A stretch of 64,000 bases of DNA from an uncultured Candidatus Saccharibacteria bacterium (GCA_964464735.1 CAYXKF010000002.1:3833-67832); one strand, 5' to 3'; counted from the first letter of the stretch, positions 37,295 to 47,943 are shown. Made by a program: numbers and translations. The notes: generated by a model not told the origin, from the letters alone.

Positions 37295-39214
37295 TTATTG
37301 AGTCATCATCTTTGCCTTTGACTTAGGACCAAAGACACCGTCGCCTACAAGGCCGTTCTTGGTTTGCCATTCGATCAAAGCAGACTTTGTCGCTTGTCCA
37401 AATGATCCGTCAGCTCCACCATGGGCAGTAATATTTGCCGCAGCTGCTGCTGAAACATGGGTTAGCAAGAAGTTTTGCAAAGCTTTAACATCCATTCCCT
37501 TTGCACCAAGCTTTAGAACAACTGCAGTAATTGCGCTAATTGCATTGCTTGTTGCAGGCATAACTACCGGAGTAGTTGGAGTTGTAGGAGTAGGTGTTAC
37601 CGGAGTAGCTGGCTTTGGCTTAGGCTTTGATGAACCACCACCGCTTGAGCTTCCACCACCTGAACCACCGCCGCCTGTGTGCTTAGCAACCGATGCAGTA
37701 ACTGCAACCTGTGCATCTGTTGCCGCAGTTCGGTCGGTAAAGGCTACTTGCTTGGTAGTGAATCCTGCTTTTTCAATGAACAATCGGGCATCAACGTCAG
37801 ATAGCAAGGTTGGGCAGTAATAGACTCCTGATGATCCGTCTTCGGTACATGTTGCACCAACCGAATCAGCCGCCGCACCAGTGTATACGCTAGCACCAGA
37901 CAATGCTGCGCTGTCGTATGCACGGGTAACTGTTGCCTTTACTGCGTAGGTAAGACCCTTTGCAGATGCAGTTGCTCCTGCCGCCGTTGCGGTAGTCTTA
38001 GCTGCGTTTGCACCAAGGTTAATGACTGTCTGTCCCGAAGCCGAAGTAGATACGTCAGAAAAACCAGTGTTGGTTGATGCTGAATTTTGGTATCCATCTT
38101 CATTAAGGACCAATGCTGCGTTTGATGCGGCAACTGCCCAGTATGCGTTTTCAGATGAAGTTACTGTTGCAGCAGTTCCGTTGTAAGTCTTAGTATCAAG
38201 ATCAGAAGCTGTAAAGCTTGTTCCTAATTCGTCCGCTACGGCAACTTTAAGCTGGAACAAAATACCTGACACCGTTATGTCGCCTTGAGCAGTCGTACCG
38301 TCAGTGCGGTCTGTAGTGTCACCTGTCGTGTTAGTAACGTATCCTGCCTTGGTAATCGAAACGTCGTTTGCAACGCCGTCTTGCGCTACTGGAACGGCAC
38401 AGTAGTAAATTCCAGTCGATCCACTTTCAGTACATGAAGTCGGGCCTGAACCTGCTGTAACGGTTGCGCCAGTTAGGGCGCCACTGTCACCTTCGCGAGT
38501 TGCAGTAACTTTTTGACCAAACACCAAACCTTTAGCAGTAACGCTTGAACCTGCAGCAACTGCGGTTGTTCGAGCAGCGTTTGCTCCTAAGGTAATCACA
38601 GTCTGCCCTGAAGCTGAAGTAGATACGTCAGAAAAACCAGTGTTTGTCGTACCCGAGTTCAGGTATCCTCCTTCGTTAAGCACCAACGCTGCGCTTGTAG
38701 CATTAGTTGCCCAGTACGCGTTGTTAGTTGCATTTAACGTAACTGCGCCACCGTTAAAGGTTGCAGTATCCAAACCTGATGCTGTAAATGACGAACCAAG
38801 CTCGTTTGCAACGACCACCTTAAGCTGGAACGGAATGTTGCTAACGGTATAAGTGTTTACGGTTTCATCCGCACCGGTGTTATAAGTGAATGCAGCAGTC
38901 GATGTTGTTGTAACATACCCTGTTGCAGTTACACGGATATCGACGGTTTCGCCGTTACCGCAGTTTGCTCCACCTGGAGGTGTTGCAGTCACCGAACCAC
39001 TAGTTGTTGTTCCAAGCGTGGTGTATGTACCGCCGGCACATTGGATTGCAACAGTTGACCCGTTTGGAACGTTGCCGTTATCGCTTTCGCGATGCGCAAC
39101 GATCGTCATGTCACCGTTTGCCGCAAACGCGCCGTGCGCGCCGACAAACAAAGAAACCAAAGCAGCAAGGACGGCAAAAAATGCCAGCTTGCTTTTATTA
39201 AAAGTAAGAACCAT
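37295..39214 (-). CDS. secreted protein with two ~130-aa tandem repeats, Gly/Ser and Pro/Thr linker and C-terminal peptidoglycan-binding (PG_binding_1-like) domain
   Basis: Signal peptide (..GAHGAFA-ANG). Repeats 'FQLKVVVANELGSSFTASGLDT...' and 'FQLKVAVADELGTSFTASDLDT...'. The C-terminal 'KGMDVKALQNFL......GSFGQATKSALIEWQTKNGLVGDGVFGPKS' is PG_binding_1-like. Confidence 0.6.
   Translation of the reverse strand: MVLTFNKSKLAFFAVLAALVSLFVGAHGAFAANGDMTIVAHRESDNGNVPNGSTVAIQCAGGTYTTLGTTTSGSVTATPPGGANCGNGETVDIRVTATGYVTTTSTAAFTYNTGADETVNTYTVSNIPFQLKVVVANELGSSFTASGLDTATFNGGAVTLNATNNAYWATNATSAALVLNEGGYLNSGTTNTGFSDVSTSASGQTVITLGANAARTTAVAAGSSVTAKGLVFGQKVTATREGDSGALTGATVTAGSGPTSCTESGSTGIYYCAVPVAQDGVANDVSITKAGYVTNTTGDTTDRTDGTTAQGDITVSGILFQLKVAVADELGTSFTASDLDTKTYNGTAATVTSSENAYWAVAASNAALVLNEDGYQNSASTNTGFSDVSTSASGQTVINLGANAAKTTATAAGATASAKGLTYAVKATVTRAYDSAALSGASVYTGAAADSVGATCTEDGSSGVYYCPTLLSDVDARLFIEKAGFTTKQVAFTDRTAATDAQVAVTASVAKHTGGGGSGGGSSSGGGSSKPKPKPATPVTPTPTTPTTPVVMPATSNAISAITAVVLKLGAKGMDVKALQNFLLTHVSAAAAANITAHGGADGSFGQATKSALIEWQTKNGLVGDGVFGPKSKAKMMTQ
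37830..38790. repeat. intragenic tandem DNA repeat (~570-bp period, 2 copies)
   Basis: 'gtagatacgtcagaaaaaccagtgtt' recurs at about 38049 and about 38618, with flanking homology. Confidence 0.6.
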
Positions 39215-39411
39215 ATAATAATAAAAAAAACTAATAAAAAATGTCGCGACTTTTACCATCGCCATTGTATGCTTTTACTTTTACATACACAATTTTTTTC
39301 TGGGGAAAACTAACAAAAAATCTTCGCAGTAATGTGCGAAGATTTTTATTTATTAAAACTTTAAACGCCATTACCAAACGACATGTCGTTTTAATATTTA
39401 CATAGAATAAA

Positions 39412-39816
39412 TTATAGCCACCTATCTACCCCACCGTGATGCGAACAAGTACCTTGTCGACTGTGACTAAAACTGTAAGTTCCATCACGACACTCCGCAC
39501 TAGCGCCAGCAGGAACTGATGGTGCATATGCCGGCGAATGCACACGATTTCCATAGGTATTTGTATAATAGTTATTATTCGACAGAGGAACTGAGATAGG
39601 CTCTCTACGCGCAGAACTTGGCGCCGATACAGACGTTGATGTCACTCCACTCCGAATTTCTTGCGCCTGAGGAGTAGTCAAAACATTAGTCTTAGTTGTC
39701 GATACAGGTTGCGAACTTCTATCAAGTGCACTGACAACGAAAGCTACACCAAACATTACAATTGGAATAACAATCCAATTGCGCTCAATCCAATTATCTT
39801 TATTATCGTTTTGCAT
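39412..39816 (-). CDS. membrane-anchored DUF3761-like protein
   Basis: N-terminal TM, an S/T-rich linker, and a C-terminal 'ECRDGTYSFSHSRQGTCSHHGGVDRWL' matching the C.DGT.S.S....G.CSHHGGV signature. Confidence 0.5.
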   Translation of the reverse strand: MQNDNKDNWIERNWIVIPIVMFGVAFVVSALDRSSQPVSTTKTNVLTTPQAQEIRSGVTSTSVSAPSSARREPISVPLSNNNYYTNTYGNRVHSPAYAPSVPAGASAECRDGTYSFSHSRQGTCSHHGGVDRWL

Positions 39817-40327
39817 ACATGAATATGTTAACTAGACCAGATAAATAAATAATGAAGAAGCTTAATAACTTAGGTAATTATAATGATAAACCTAAATGCA
39901 AAGGCTGAGTCCTTATAGACTCTATCTGCTATATAGCTGCAGCAAAGATATACTAGGCTATCAATATCGCAATCACAATCCATTTATACCACTACACCTT
40001 CTTATGGACTACGATTGTTTCGCAATTTTTATCCCAGATAGTTGCACCCTTCTTTTCAAGATCATTTTTGCTGAGCACATCCATGCCATATTCACAAATG
40101 GCACACCCATTCCATATCTCCAAGCCATACAGTAACGCTTCTTTCAAGCGTAATAACAGGATCCATATTCTTACCCTTCTTGCTTGCTAGTTACACGAAT
40201 GTTGAAAAGATACTTTCCTGGGGTTGCGCCAACCGAGGGGAGCTCATCAAAATTATACAGTTATATGTTCATGCTAATATTCACATATATGCAACCTGTT
40301 TAAAAGGGTTTGTCTTTACTATATAAA

Positions 40328-40357
40328 ATAAAAACCGCCCCTTTCGGGGCGGTTTTT
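40328..40357. terminator. rho-independent terminator (bidirectional shape) 3' of gene 40401..42422
   Basis: aaaaaa-ccgcccc-tttc-ggggcgg-ttttt. Confidence 0.7.
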
Positions 40358-40400
40358 ATAGAGATCCATGACAGATCTAACTCATCTAAATACCTAAATA

Positions 40401-42422
40401 TTAGGCAGCAAGAAGAGTGATAGAAGCAGTCTTGAATTCTGGTTCATCAGGTACAAGGTATGAAGTTGTACCGTTAGCGTCAGTTAACGCGTAACCGATG
40501 TTTTCAAGAGTAACTTGAGCTGATGAGTCAGCAGAAGCGGTTGCAATTACTTCAAGAGTAAATTCTGCAGTGTCGCCTTCGCGGATTTCCCAGCCGTTTG
40601 TTCCTTCATCGTAGTCTCCATCTGTAGCTGACAATGTTCCAACAGTGCTGTTAGAAGTAGAGTTGGTGATGCTGTAGCTTGTAGATGTAGTTGCGTATGT
40701 ACCGTCGTTATCTTCAACAGGTGTCGAGTTGTCAATAAAGACATCGTCACCGAATGCAGTAACTTCGAATACAATAATGAATGTACCCTGGTCGAATTCG
40801 CTCGCATCATCAGCTACGAATGTTCGTTCAGCTGACTTCTCGATACCAACAACAGAGATACCTACAGACGCGATAGTCTGAGTTTTAGCTGAAGCTGATC
40901 CATCAATAGTACCAATATCATCACCTGATTCAGCATCTTCTACATCGCTTGATGTAACGTTTGCTTCAGCAAGGACTGTTGCACCATTGTTGTAAACAGC
41001 TGTGCTGCCCTGTGACTTGAACTTGACCTTAACTTCAAATTCCATTTCTTCTCCGGCCTCAATTACGACTTCGTCGTCTTCAAGATCTTCGAATGTGAAT
41101 GTTGCAGTTTCAGTAGTTGCACAGTCTGAAAGACCAGTTGTACCACCGCATGAACCTACTTCGTAGTCACCATTGTAAGTAGTGCCGTCAACAACAAGTT
41201 CTACCTCGTCGATGATATCAGCACCTGTAGCTGTTCCAGCTGCAGCACCGTCAGTGAAAGTCAAAGTAATGTCCACTGGGAAGTCAGTTACCATGATGTC
41301 ACCACCATCCTCATCAGCTGATGCAGTGAAGACTGCTACGGTGTGAGTTGATGATGAGCTTGCCTTTACTTCTAGAGTTCCAGTTTCAGGGCTGTCATCG
41401 CTTTCGCTAACTTCGAATTCTGAGTCACCGCCAGCTTCTTCAATAGTGAATTCAGCTGTGTCAGATGAACCAGTTTCTTCTAGGAAGCCATCAGCATCTT
41501 CGTATCGGATACCGTCAGCGTCACCAAGTTCATTCTCGAATGAGATTGCCCATGATTCGCCGTCGTCAGCACCGTCAACTGATGATGCGACTTCTGCAAC
41601 AACCGTAACTTCTGCATCTTCATCCTCATCTACTTGCCAGTCAAGGCCAGAGAATCGGACTCGGTATACATCGTTAGTGTCGTTAAGTTCATCCCAGTCT
41701 GACTTTGAGTCAGTATCCATTGAGGCGATTTCGTCGCCGTCAACCATTAGAGAAACTGAGTCAAAGACGTTCCAAGGTCGGTCTTCGTCGTTTCCTCCAG
41801 CTGCTTCAAATACAACGTCAATGCGGTTAACAAGGACATCACCATCTTCTGCAGTGAATTCTAGGACACCAAGTTCAGCTTCTGACTGTCCTTCTTCAAG
41901 GTCAGTATCATCAGCGTCGCTTACGTCGATGTTTTCAATTGAGCCTTCACCTGAAAGACCAGTTGAAGAACCACCATTTGAACCACCTGTTGAAGGAGCA
42001 ATTGCGCAGCTAGCAAATGTAGGAGCAACCGGAGTTACCTGTACATAGCCAGTTGGGCAGTTACCTTGTGAAGGTGTTGAAGGCATTGTTGCCAATGCGC
42101 TAGTAAGTGCAGCAGCAGTAGCTGGGCCGGCTGAACCGTCAACAGCTAGTGCATGTGTTGATTGGAACCATTTAACTGCAGCCGTGGTCATAGGACCAAA
42201 CGAGCCGTCAGTTGAAAGTGCAGGAGTGTAACCTGCTTGATTAAGTGCAGTTTGAAGGGCAGAAACAGCAGCGCTCTTCTGACCAGCCTTAAGCACGTAA
42301 CCAGGGTAAGTGTAAGTAGCAGCGTTAGCAGCGAAGGCAAAGCCCAAAACTGCAGCTGAAGCTACAAGCACTACAACCGCTTTAGTTAAAGTGTTTGTTA
42401 AATTCATAACAATTGTTATCAA
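40401..42422 (-). CDS. secreted protein with N-terminal peptidoglycan-binding domain and long, highly acidic (Asp/Glu/Thr/Ser-rich) region
   Basis: Signal peptide, then 'LKAGQKSAAVSALQTALNQAGY.....DGSFGPMTTAAVKWFQ' (PG_binding_1-like), then ~500 aa of D/E/T/S-rich beta-rich sequence. Confidence 0.55.
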   Translation of the reverse strand: MITIVMNLTNTLTKAVVVLVASAAVLGFAFAANAATYTYPGYVLKAGQKSAAVSALQTALNQAGYTPALSTDGSFGPMTTAAVKWFQSTHALAVDGSAGPATAAALTSALATMPSTPSQGNCPTGYVQVTPVAPTFASCAIAPSTGGSNGGSSTGLSGEGSIENIDVSDADDTDLEEGQSEAELGVLEFTAEDGDVLVNRIDVVFEAAGGNDEDRPWNVFDSVSLMVDGDEIASMDTDSKSDWDELNDTNDVYRVRFSGLDWQVDEDEDAEVTVVAEVASSVDGADDGESWAISFENELGDADGIRYEDADGFLEETGSSDTAEFTIEEAGGDSEFEVSESDDSPETGTLEVKASSSSTHTVAVFTASADEDGGDIMVTDFPVDITLTFTDGAAAGTATGADIIDEVELVVDGTTYNGDYEVGSCGGTTGLSDCATTETATFTFEDLEDDEVVIEAGEEMEFEVKVKFKSQGSTAVYNNGATVLAEANVTSSDVEDAESGDDIGTIDGSASAKTQTIASVGISVVGIEKSAERTFVADDASEFDQGTFIIVFEVTAFGDDVFIDNSTPVEDNDGTYATTSTSYSITNSTSNSTVGTLSATDGDYDEGTNGWEIREGDTAEFTLEVIATASADSSAQVTLENIGYALTDANGTTSYLVPDEPEFKTASITLLAA

Positions 42423-42892
42423 TGCAATGTCACCGTTTTATGTGTATGCATAATTACGCGTAAATTTATAATGTGCATACAAACGGCTTATTGCGTCCTC
42501 TCACACGTTCATGATTGTGACGAGCAATCATTATTGTCGAACGTGCTCGACCAAAGCGCGCAACTTTTTAGGTTATGCGATCAGGCCGAGCTCGTTAAAA
42601 CATCGTGTAAGAATTCTTATAATTTTTTGTCCGCCATTTTCATGACGAGACGTGATAAGATTTCTTCACTATTTGATTTACAATGATCAGGATTACAACC
42701 AAAACAGAACCTTTTTCGGAACTGCCGGTCATTGTAGCATCCTCTAAAAAAGAGTGCAACCATAAAGCGAATAACCGCTTACGACCGGCGTCTACTTGTT
42801 ATTGACGGCACACTGGTAAAAATCTTACACGCGCCAAAATACGCGGGCATATACTATATATTGTATGTTTTGGAATTCAAAAAGACACTAGT

Positions 42893-43777
42893 TTAGGCGA
42901 TGCGGACGATGCGGTATGTACTCCACCGCTTGTTCCCCTCTCGGACGATTTGTCCTTTTTGGATAAGATCCATTAAATCGCGCTGGATGGTCTTTTCACT
43001 CACTCCTTTAATTTCGGACACAATGTCGGTTATATTGATAGAATGCTTTTTTTGCATCAACGAAAGTATGCTTTGTTGGCGATCACTTGCAGGTCGTGCA
43101 ACTGAAACATTAAACGACATTGTTGGATTTTTTACGGATTGGATGTCTTTTTGAATAGGCGCAGCTTCGGGATTCCTTGTAGGTGTTTTAGGCAGCGACA
43201 TGTCGTTTTGAGAAACTGACTGCAGTGGCTTTTGAGGCGCAGCTGGCGGCACCGAGTTTACTTTTGCCGGTTTGGTTTCAAGAAGCACTTTAGGAAGTGA
43301 AAAATACGCAACGTGATCGGGTACATACGGAGCACTTTCTGACTGCATAGTATGCAGCGCATATTGGGTAACTGTAGTGCGCATGTCAACAAGGGTTTGT
43401 ACCAATACCGCGCGGTTCATCATGGTAATGTAACCAACCAGCGAAGCCGTTTCGATTTGAGCAATAAGCTTATCGACATAAACGACAGACTGCATAAAAA
43501 TCTTACCACACGAAAGCGGATCAATAATGTCTTTTACAAACAGCAAATCAAACAAATCGGTCGATGTCTTTTTAACCCCATAGTGCATTGGATCTTCGAC
43601 AGGAATAAACTTGGCAACCATATAAATGGCGCTTTGGATTTTCTTTGTCTTTTCGGCAATATTCTGCAGTATGTCGTTTTGCGTAATGTCCCTTAAAGGC
43701 TTTTCAAACGAAAAAAGAGTGTCGTTTACCTGGGCATCTTTTGGTTGGGTCGGGGCGACAAAGTTGTCGTTTTCCAT
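42893..43777 (-). CDS. DNA-binding protein with C-terminal DeoR-type winged-HTH
   Basis: The C-terminal 'RQQSILSLMQKKHSINITDIVSEIKGVSEKTIQRDLMDLIQKGQIVREG' matches the HTH_DeoR pattern; the N-terminal 230 aa are unassigned. Confidence 0.45.
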   Translation of the reverse strand: MENDNFVAPTQPKDAQVNDTLFSFEKPLRDITQNDILQNIAEKTKKIQSAIYMVAKFIPVEDPMHYGVKKTSTDLFDLLFVKDIIDPLSCGKIFMQSVVYVDKLIAQIETASLVGYITMMNRAVLVQTLVDMRTTVTQYALHTMQSESAPYVPDHVAYFSLPKVLLETKPAKVNSVPPAAPQKPLQSVSQNDMSLPKTPTRNPEAAPIQKDIQSVKNPTMSFNVSVARPASDRQQSILSLMQKKHSINITDIVSEIKGVSEKTIQRDLMDLIQKGQIVREGNKRWSTYRIVRIA

Positions 43778-44114
43778 ATAGGGTTGAGTATAGTCATGAC
43801 GTTTATTTTTGCAAGAGTCGTTTATATTCTATTTCACATCCTTTACCCAGACTTAAGGTATTTAATACCACTTTTTGCCTTGCCCATTTTGAAGACACAA
43901 GTCCTCACTATTCATTATTCGCTTAAGCGAATCACGAGAAAGGCTCTACGCTCGGTCGGGCTAAAGCCCGCCCTGCGCGAGTCTTTAAAAGGGCAAAGGC
44001 GGGATAATTTTCAGAGATTATAAACTTTGTTTTTTTGGTAAATTTTTATGCATCATCATGTTATGAATTAGACACATTGGTGTGGTACAATAGCCCTCAT
44101 AACACCAAAAAATC

Positions 44115-46334
44115 ATGGATGACATCAAAAAGAAAAAAATCAAAATCGTGCACCGCGATGACGCCGTCGAAGTGATTGTTCATCGCCGCACGCAAGACAT
44201 TATTGTCGGCATTATTTTATTATTCATAACGCTTGGATTCGCATTAGGCGCCGCCGGACAAGCCGGCGCGTTCGGTTCGTTTTTATATCACCGCGTTGCC
44301 GAAACCTTGCTTGGGTTCGCCGCAATATTACTTCCGCTAGGCTCGCTTGGATTGGGCATCTTTTTTTTAAGAAAAGAAAAACAAATTCCTGCAGGCAAGA
44401 TCGCCATGATGGGAGTCTTTGGATTGGCAACTGTAACCATGTTGGCAATCGCGTTCCCCGCGCATCAATTTAGCGTATCAGCCGGAGGAGGCGGAATCAT
44501 CGGTGCGTTCTTAAGCGCACCGCTGGTGAATTTTTTTGGCTTATACTTGGCGATCATATTGATCATTTTAATTTTGATCGGGTCGTTCGGATTGATGTTC
44601 TTGCGCCACGACATTCCTACCTTATTAGCCAACCTGTTAAGTGCAATCAAAAATATCGGCAAAAAGCACGCACGTATCGAAGCGGTTGAAGAAGACGGGA
44701 ACGAAGAAGTGGCAGAAGAAAAGCCTGAGCCTAAAAAAGCCGCAAAAGTGTCCGCTGCCGAAGAATCAACCGAAAGCGACGAACTGACCATCAACAGCTT
44801 TGATGCCAAAAAGAAAACTGCCGGCAAAAAGCCAGTTAATTTTGGCAGCGCAGCGCTTCCTCCCCTTTCACTTTTGGTGCAAACCCAAGAGAAACCCGAA
44901 TTCGGCGACATTAAGGCAACAGCAAACTTGATTCAGCGCACACTGTCGAATTTTGGTATTAACGTCGACATGGACGAAGTATCAGTTGGCCCAACCGTTA
45001 CGCGCTATGCGCTGAAGCCTGCCGAAGGCGTAAAACTTTCGCGCATCGAAGCGCTTGAGCAAGACCTGGCCTTGGCACTTGCCGCCCATCCGCTACGCAT
45101 CGAAGCGCCGATTCCAGGACGCAGCTTGGTTGGTATTGAAGTTCCCAATAAAGGAAAGGCAACAATTCGCATCGCTTCCCTCTTATCTGATGAAGGCTTT
45201 GCAAACCCTAAATTCCAGCTTCCGGTTGCATTAGGTAAAGGCGTTACCGGTAAGTCGCATTTTGCCAATATAGCCAAGATGCCTCACCTTTTGATTGCGG
45301 GCGCAACCGGTTCGGGTAAATCGGTTACGGTGCACAACATGATTATCTCGTTACTGTATAAGCATACGCCAGAAAGCCTGCGATTTATCTTTGTCGACCC
45401 AAAACGTGTCGAGCTTACCTTGTACGACAAGATTCCCCACCTCCTGACTCCGGTTATCAAAGATCCTAAAAAAGCAATTTTGGCACTACGCTGGGCAGGA
45501 AAAGAGATGGAACGTCGCTATGACATACTTGAACACAATGCAGTGCGCGACATTCATTCATATAACGAAAAGATCGTTAAGCCAGCATACGAAACCGCGC
45601 CAAAAGATATCGATGAATCAACCCTGCCCGAAAAGCTTCCTTATATTGTGGTCATTATCGACGAATTGGCCGACATCATGCAGGCGTATCCGCGCGAACT
45701 TGAAGCTGCGATTGTACGCTTGGCACAAATGTCTCGCGCCGTTGGTATTCACCTTATTCTTAGTACCCAGCGCCCTTCGGTAAACGTTATTACCGGACTT
45801 ATTAAGGCAAACATCCCTGCCCGATTAGCACTGCAAGTATCGTCGCAAATTGACTCGCGCACCATTTTGGACGCAACCGGCGCCGAGTCCCTTTTGGGAG
45901 CCGGCGACATGCTCTACATTGACGGTGAAATGGCCAAGCCGACCCGCATTCAATGTGCATTTATTTCGGAAGATGAAGTAAAAAAGGTAGTGCAGTATCT
46001 GCGCAAAAATACCGAAGAAGTGTACGACGAACTTGATTTGGGTGATGGCCCCGCAACGGCCGATAAAACTATTTTTGAAGTCGGCTTGGGCGGCGATGCC
46101 GACGATGACATGTACGAAGAAGCAAAGCGCGTCGTGATCGAGGCCGGCAAGGCATCCACCAGCTACATTCAGCGAAAATTGCGTGTCGGATACTCGCGTG
46201 CAGCACGCCTCATGGATTTGCTTGAAGAAAAAGGTGTCATCGGCCCCGCCGATGGCGCAAAACCGCGCGAAGTATTAGTTGCCGGCGCGGCAAAGCCATC
46301 AAACGAGCCCGAAACAGAAGAAACCAATGAGTAG
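44115..46334 (+). CDS. ftsK: DNA translocase FtsK
   Basis: 4-5 N-terminal TM, an acidic/basic linker, motor domain with 'AGATGSGKSV' and 'VVIIDELAD', and a gamma domain 'SYIQRKLRVGYSRAARLMDLLEEKGVIGP'. Confidence 0.9.
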   Translation: MDDIKKKKIKIVHRDDAVEVIVHRRTQDIIVGIILLFITLGFALGAAGQAGAFGSFLYHRVAETLLGFAAILLPLGSLGLGIFFLRKEKQIPAGKIAMMGVFGLATVTMLAIAFPAHQFSVSAGGGGIIGAFLSAPLVNFFGLYLAIILIILILIGSFGLMFLRHDIPTLLANLLSAIKNIGKKHARIEAVEEDGNEEVAEEKPEPKKAAKVSAAEESTESDELTINSFDAKKKTAGKKPVNFGSAALPPLSLLVQTQEKPEFGDIKATANLIQRTLSNFGINVDMDEVSVGPTVTRYALKPAEGVKLSRIEALEQDLALALAAHPLRIEAPIPGRSLVGIEVPNKGKATIRIASLLSDEGFANPKFQLPVALGKGVTGKSHFANIAKMPHLLIAGATGSGKSVTVHNMIISLLYKHTPESLRFIFVDPKRVELTLYDKIPHLLTPVIKDPKKAILALRWAGKEMERRYDILEHNAVRDIHSYNEKIVKPAYETAPKDIDESTLPEKLPYIVVIIDELADIMQAYPRELEAAIVRLAQMSRAVGIHLILSTQRPSVNVITGLIKANIPARLALQVSSQIDSRTILDATGAESLLGAGDMLYIDGEMAKPTRIQCAFISEDEVKKVVQYLRKNTEEVYDELDLGDGPATADKTIFEVGLGGDADDDMYEEAKRVVIEAGKASTSYIQRKLRVGYSRAARLMDLLEEKGVIGPADGAKPREVLVAGAAKPSNEPETEETNE

Positions 46335-46776
46335 CACCTTCCCCATCGCCAAATATATTATTGCCACGGTAATCGTCATTGCGTTTGGATACGCGCTGTT
46401 TGCAACACATACGTTGTGGCGTGGACCGGTATTTGTATATTTGCTTCCGCGCGACAAAACGGTAACTGATGAAAAAACCACCACAGTCGAAGGCCATGCG
46501 CGGCGCGCGCAAACGATCACGATTAACGGCTATACAGTTACCCAAGATCTTGAAGGTTATTTTGCCGAAGAATTTGCGCTACTGGACGGTGAAAACCGCT
46601 TTACCGTAACGCTTACTGACAAGTTTAACCACATCAAAACTCGCGAAATACGGGTTATTAAACAAAAGGAGCCTGAGCCTGAAATGACAGTGCCCGAGCC
46701 GACAGAAACCCTTGCACCACAAGCAGAAAACAAGGTTTTGGGAGTTAGCGACGACACTTTAAATGTGGTACGATAA
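46327..46776 (+). CDS. membrane-anchored hypothetical protein (overlaps ftsK stop by 8 nt)
   Basis: ATG at 46327, then the TM 'YIIATVIVIAFGYALFA'. Confidence 0.4.
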   Translation: MSSTFPIAKYIIATVIVIAFGYALFATHTLWRGPVFVYLLPRDKTVTDEKTTTVEGHARRAQTITINGYTVTQDLEGYFAEEFALLDGENRFTVTLTDKFNHIKTREIRVIKQKEPEPEMTVPEPTETLAPQAENKVLGVSDDTLNVVR

Positions 46777-46803
46777 GATATTATCCGTAATTTAAGAACA
46801 TGT

Positions 46804-47907
46804 ATGGCAAAAGCAAAAAAAGAACCGAAAGAGAAAGAATCGACCGATAAGAAATCAGGAAAACTCTCAGAACTTTCAAGCACGATTAAGATGATCCAAA
46901 CCAAATTTGGCGAAGGATCAATCATGAACTTGGGCGAAGCGCCTAAAGTGAACGTGGGCATCATCCATACCGGTTCGATCGGATTGGACCATGCGCTGGG
47001 AATCGGCGGCTATCCGCGCGGGCGCATCATCGAAATTTTTGGACCAGAATCGTCAGGTAAAACTACATTGACCTTGCACGCAATCGCCGAAGCGCAAAAA
47101 GCGGGCGGCATCTGCGCGTTTATCGACGCCGAACACGCAATGGATCCCGAATACGCAAAAAAGCTTGGCGTTAAAATTGACGAGCTTTTGATCTCGCAAC
47201 CCGACACCGGTGAACAAGCGCTTGAAATTGTCGAAAGCTTGGTTCGTTCGGGTAAAATTGACCTAGTAGTGGTGGATAGTGTTGCCGCATTGACGCCAAA
47301 GGATGAAATCGAGGGCGAAATGGGCCAGGCACAAATGGGCAAGCAAGCGCGCCTTATGTCACAGGCACTGCGCAAATTGACTGCCATTGTTGCAAAGTCA
47401 AAGACGATGATCATTTTCATCAACCAAATTCGTATGCAAATCGGCGTGATGTTTGGTAACCCTGAAACAACGACCGGCGGTAAGGCGCTAAAGTTCTATA
47501 CCTCGGTACGCATCGACATTCGCAAGACAGCACAGATTAAAAAAGGCGAAGAAGTGGTTGGATCACGCACACGTGTAAAGATCGTCAAGAACAAGGTGGC
47601 TCCCCCATTTCGTCAAACCGACTTTGATATTTTGTACGGCGAAGGCATTTCACTTGAGGGCGAATTGCTGGCATTAGGAGAAAAGTTTAAAGTGATTACC
47701 AAATCAGGCGGCGCGGTGTTTACCTACGTTCCTAAAAATGGCACCGAAGAGGTAAAGCTTGGCCGCGGATATGATGCTGCCCGCACGTTCCTTCGCGATA
47801 ATAAGCAAGTTAAAAACGCGCTCATGAAAGACATTCGCGGCGCAATGGAAAACGAAGAAGTAACTGATGGTGTCAGCGACCCAGACGAAGCAAACGAGCC
47901 AGAATAA
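46804..47907 (+). CDS. recA: recombinase RecA
   Basis: '[25 protein letters not shown]' and full-length RecA similarity with an acidic C-tail. Confidence 0.95.
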   Translation: MAKAKKEPKEKESTDKKSGKLSELSSTIKMIQTKFGEGSIMNLGEAPKVNVGIIHTGSIGLDHALGIGGYPRGRIIEIFGPESSGKTTLTLHAIAEAQKAGGICAFIDAEHAMDPEYAKKLGVKIDELLISQPDTGEQALEIVESLVRSGKIDLVVVDSVAALTPKDEIEGEMGQAQMGKQARLMSQALRKLTAIVAKSKTMIIFINQIRMQIGVMFGNPETTTGGKALKFYTSVRIDIRKTAQIKKGEEVVGSRTRVKIVKNKVAPPFRQTDFDILYGEGISLEGELLALGEKFKVITKSGGAVFTYVPKNGTEEVKLGRGYDAARTFLRDNKQVKNALMKDIRGAMENEEVTDGVSDPDEANEPE

Positions 47908-47943
47908 ATCCTTCCTACTTGTCTTAATATCAAGATTAGCATC

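Noticed and set aside
39896-40135. 79-aa plus-strand ORF in the long spacer
   Set aside because: It has an implausible composition, no RBS context, and overlaps nothing recognisable. I kept it only as part of the non-coding-gap observation.
41446-42048. 200-aa plus-strand Ser-rich ORF
   Set aside because: It is antisense to the acidic region of 40401..42422. The GAN-rich coding strand gives an open NTC-rich antisense frame.
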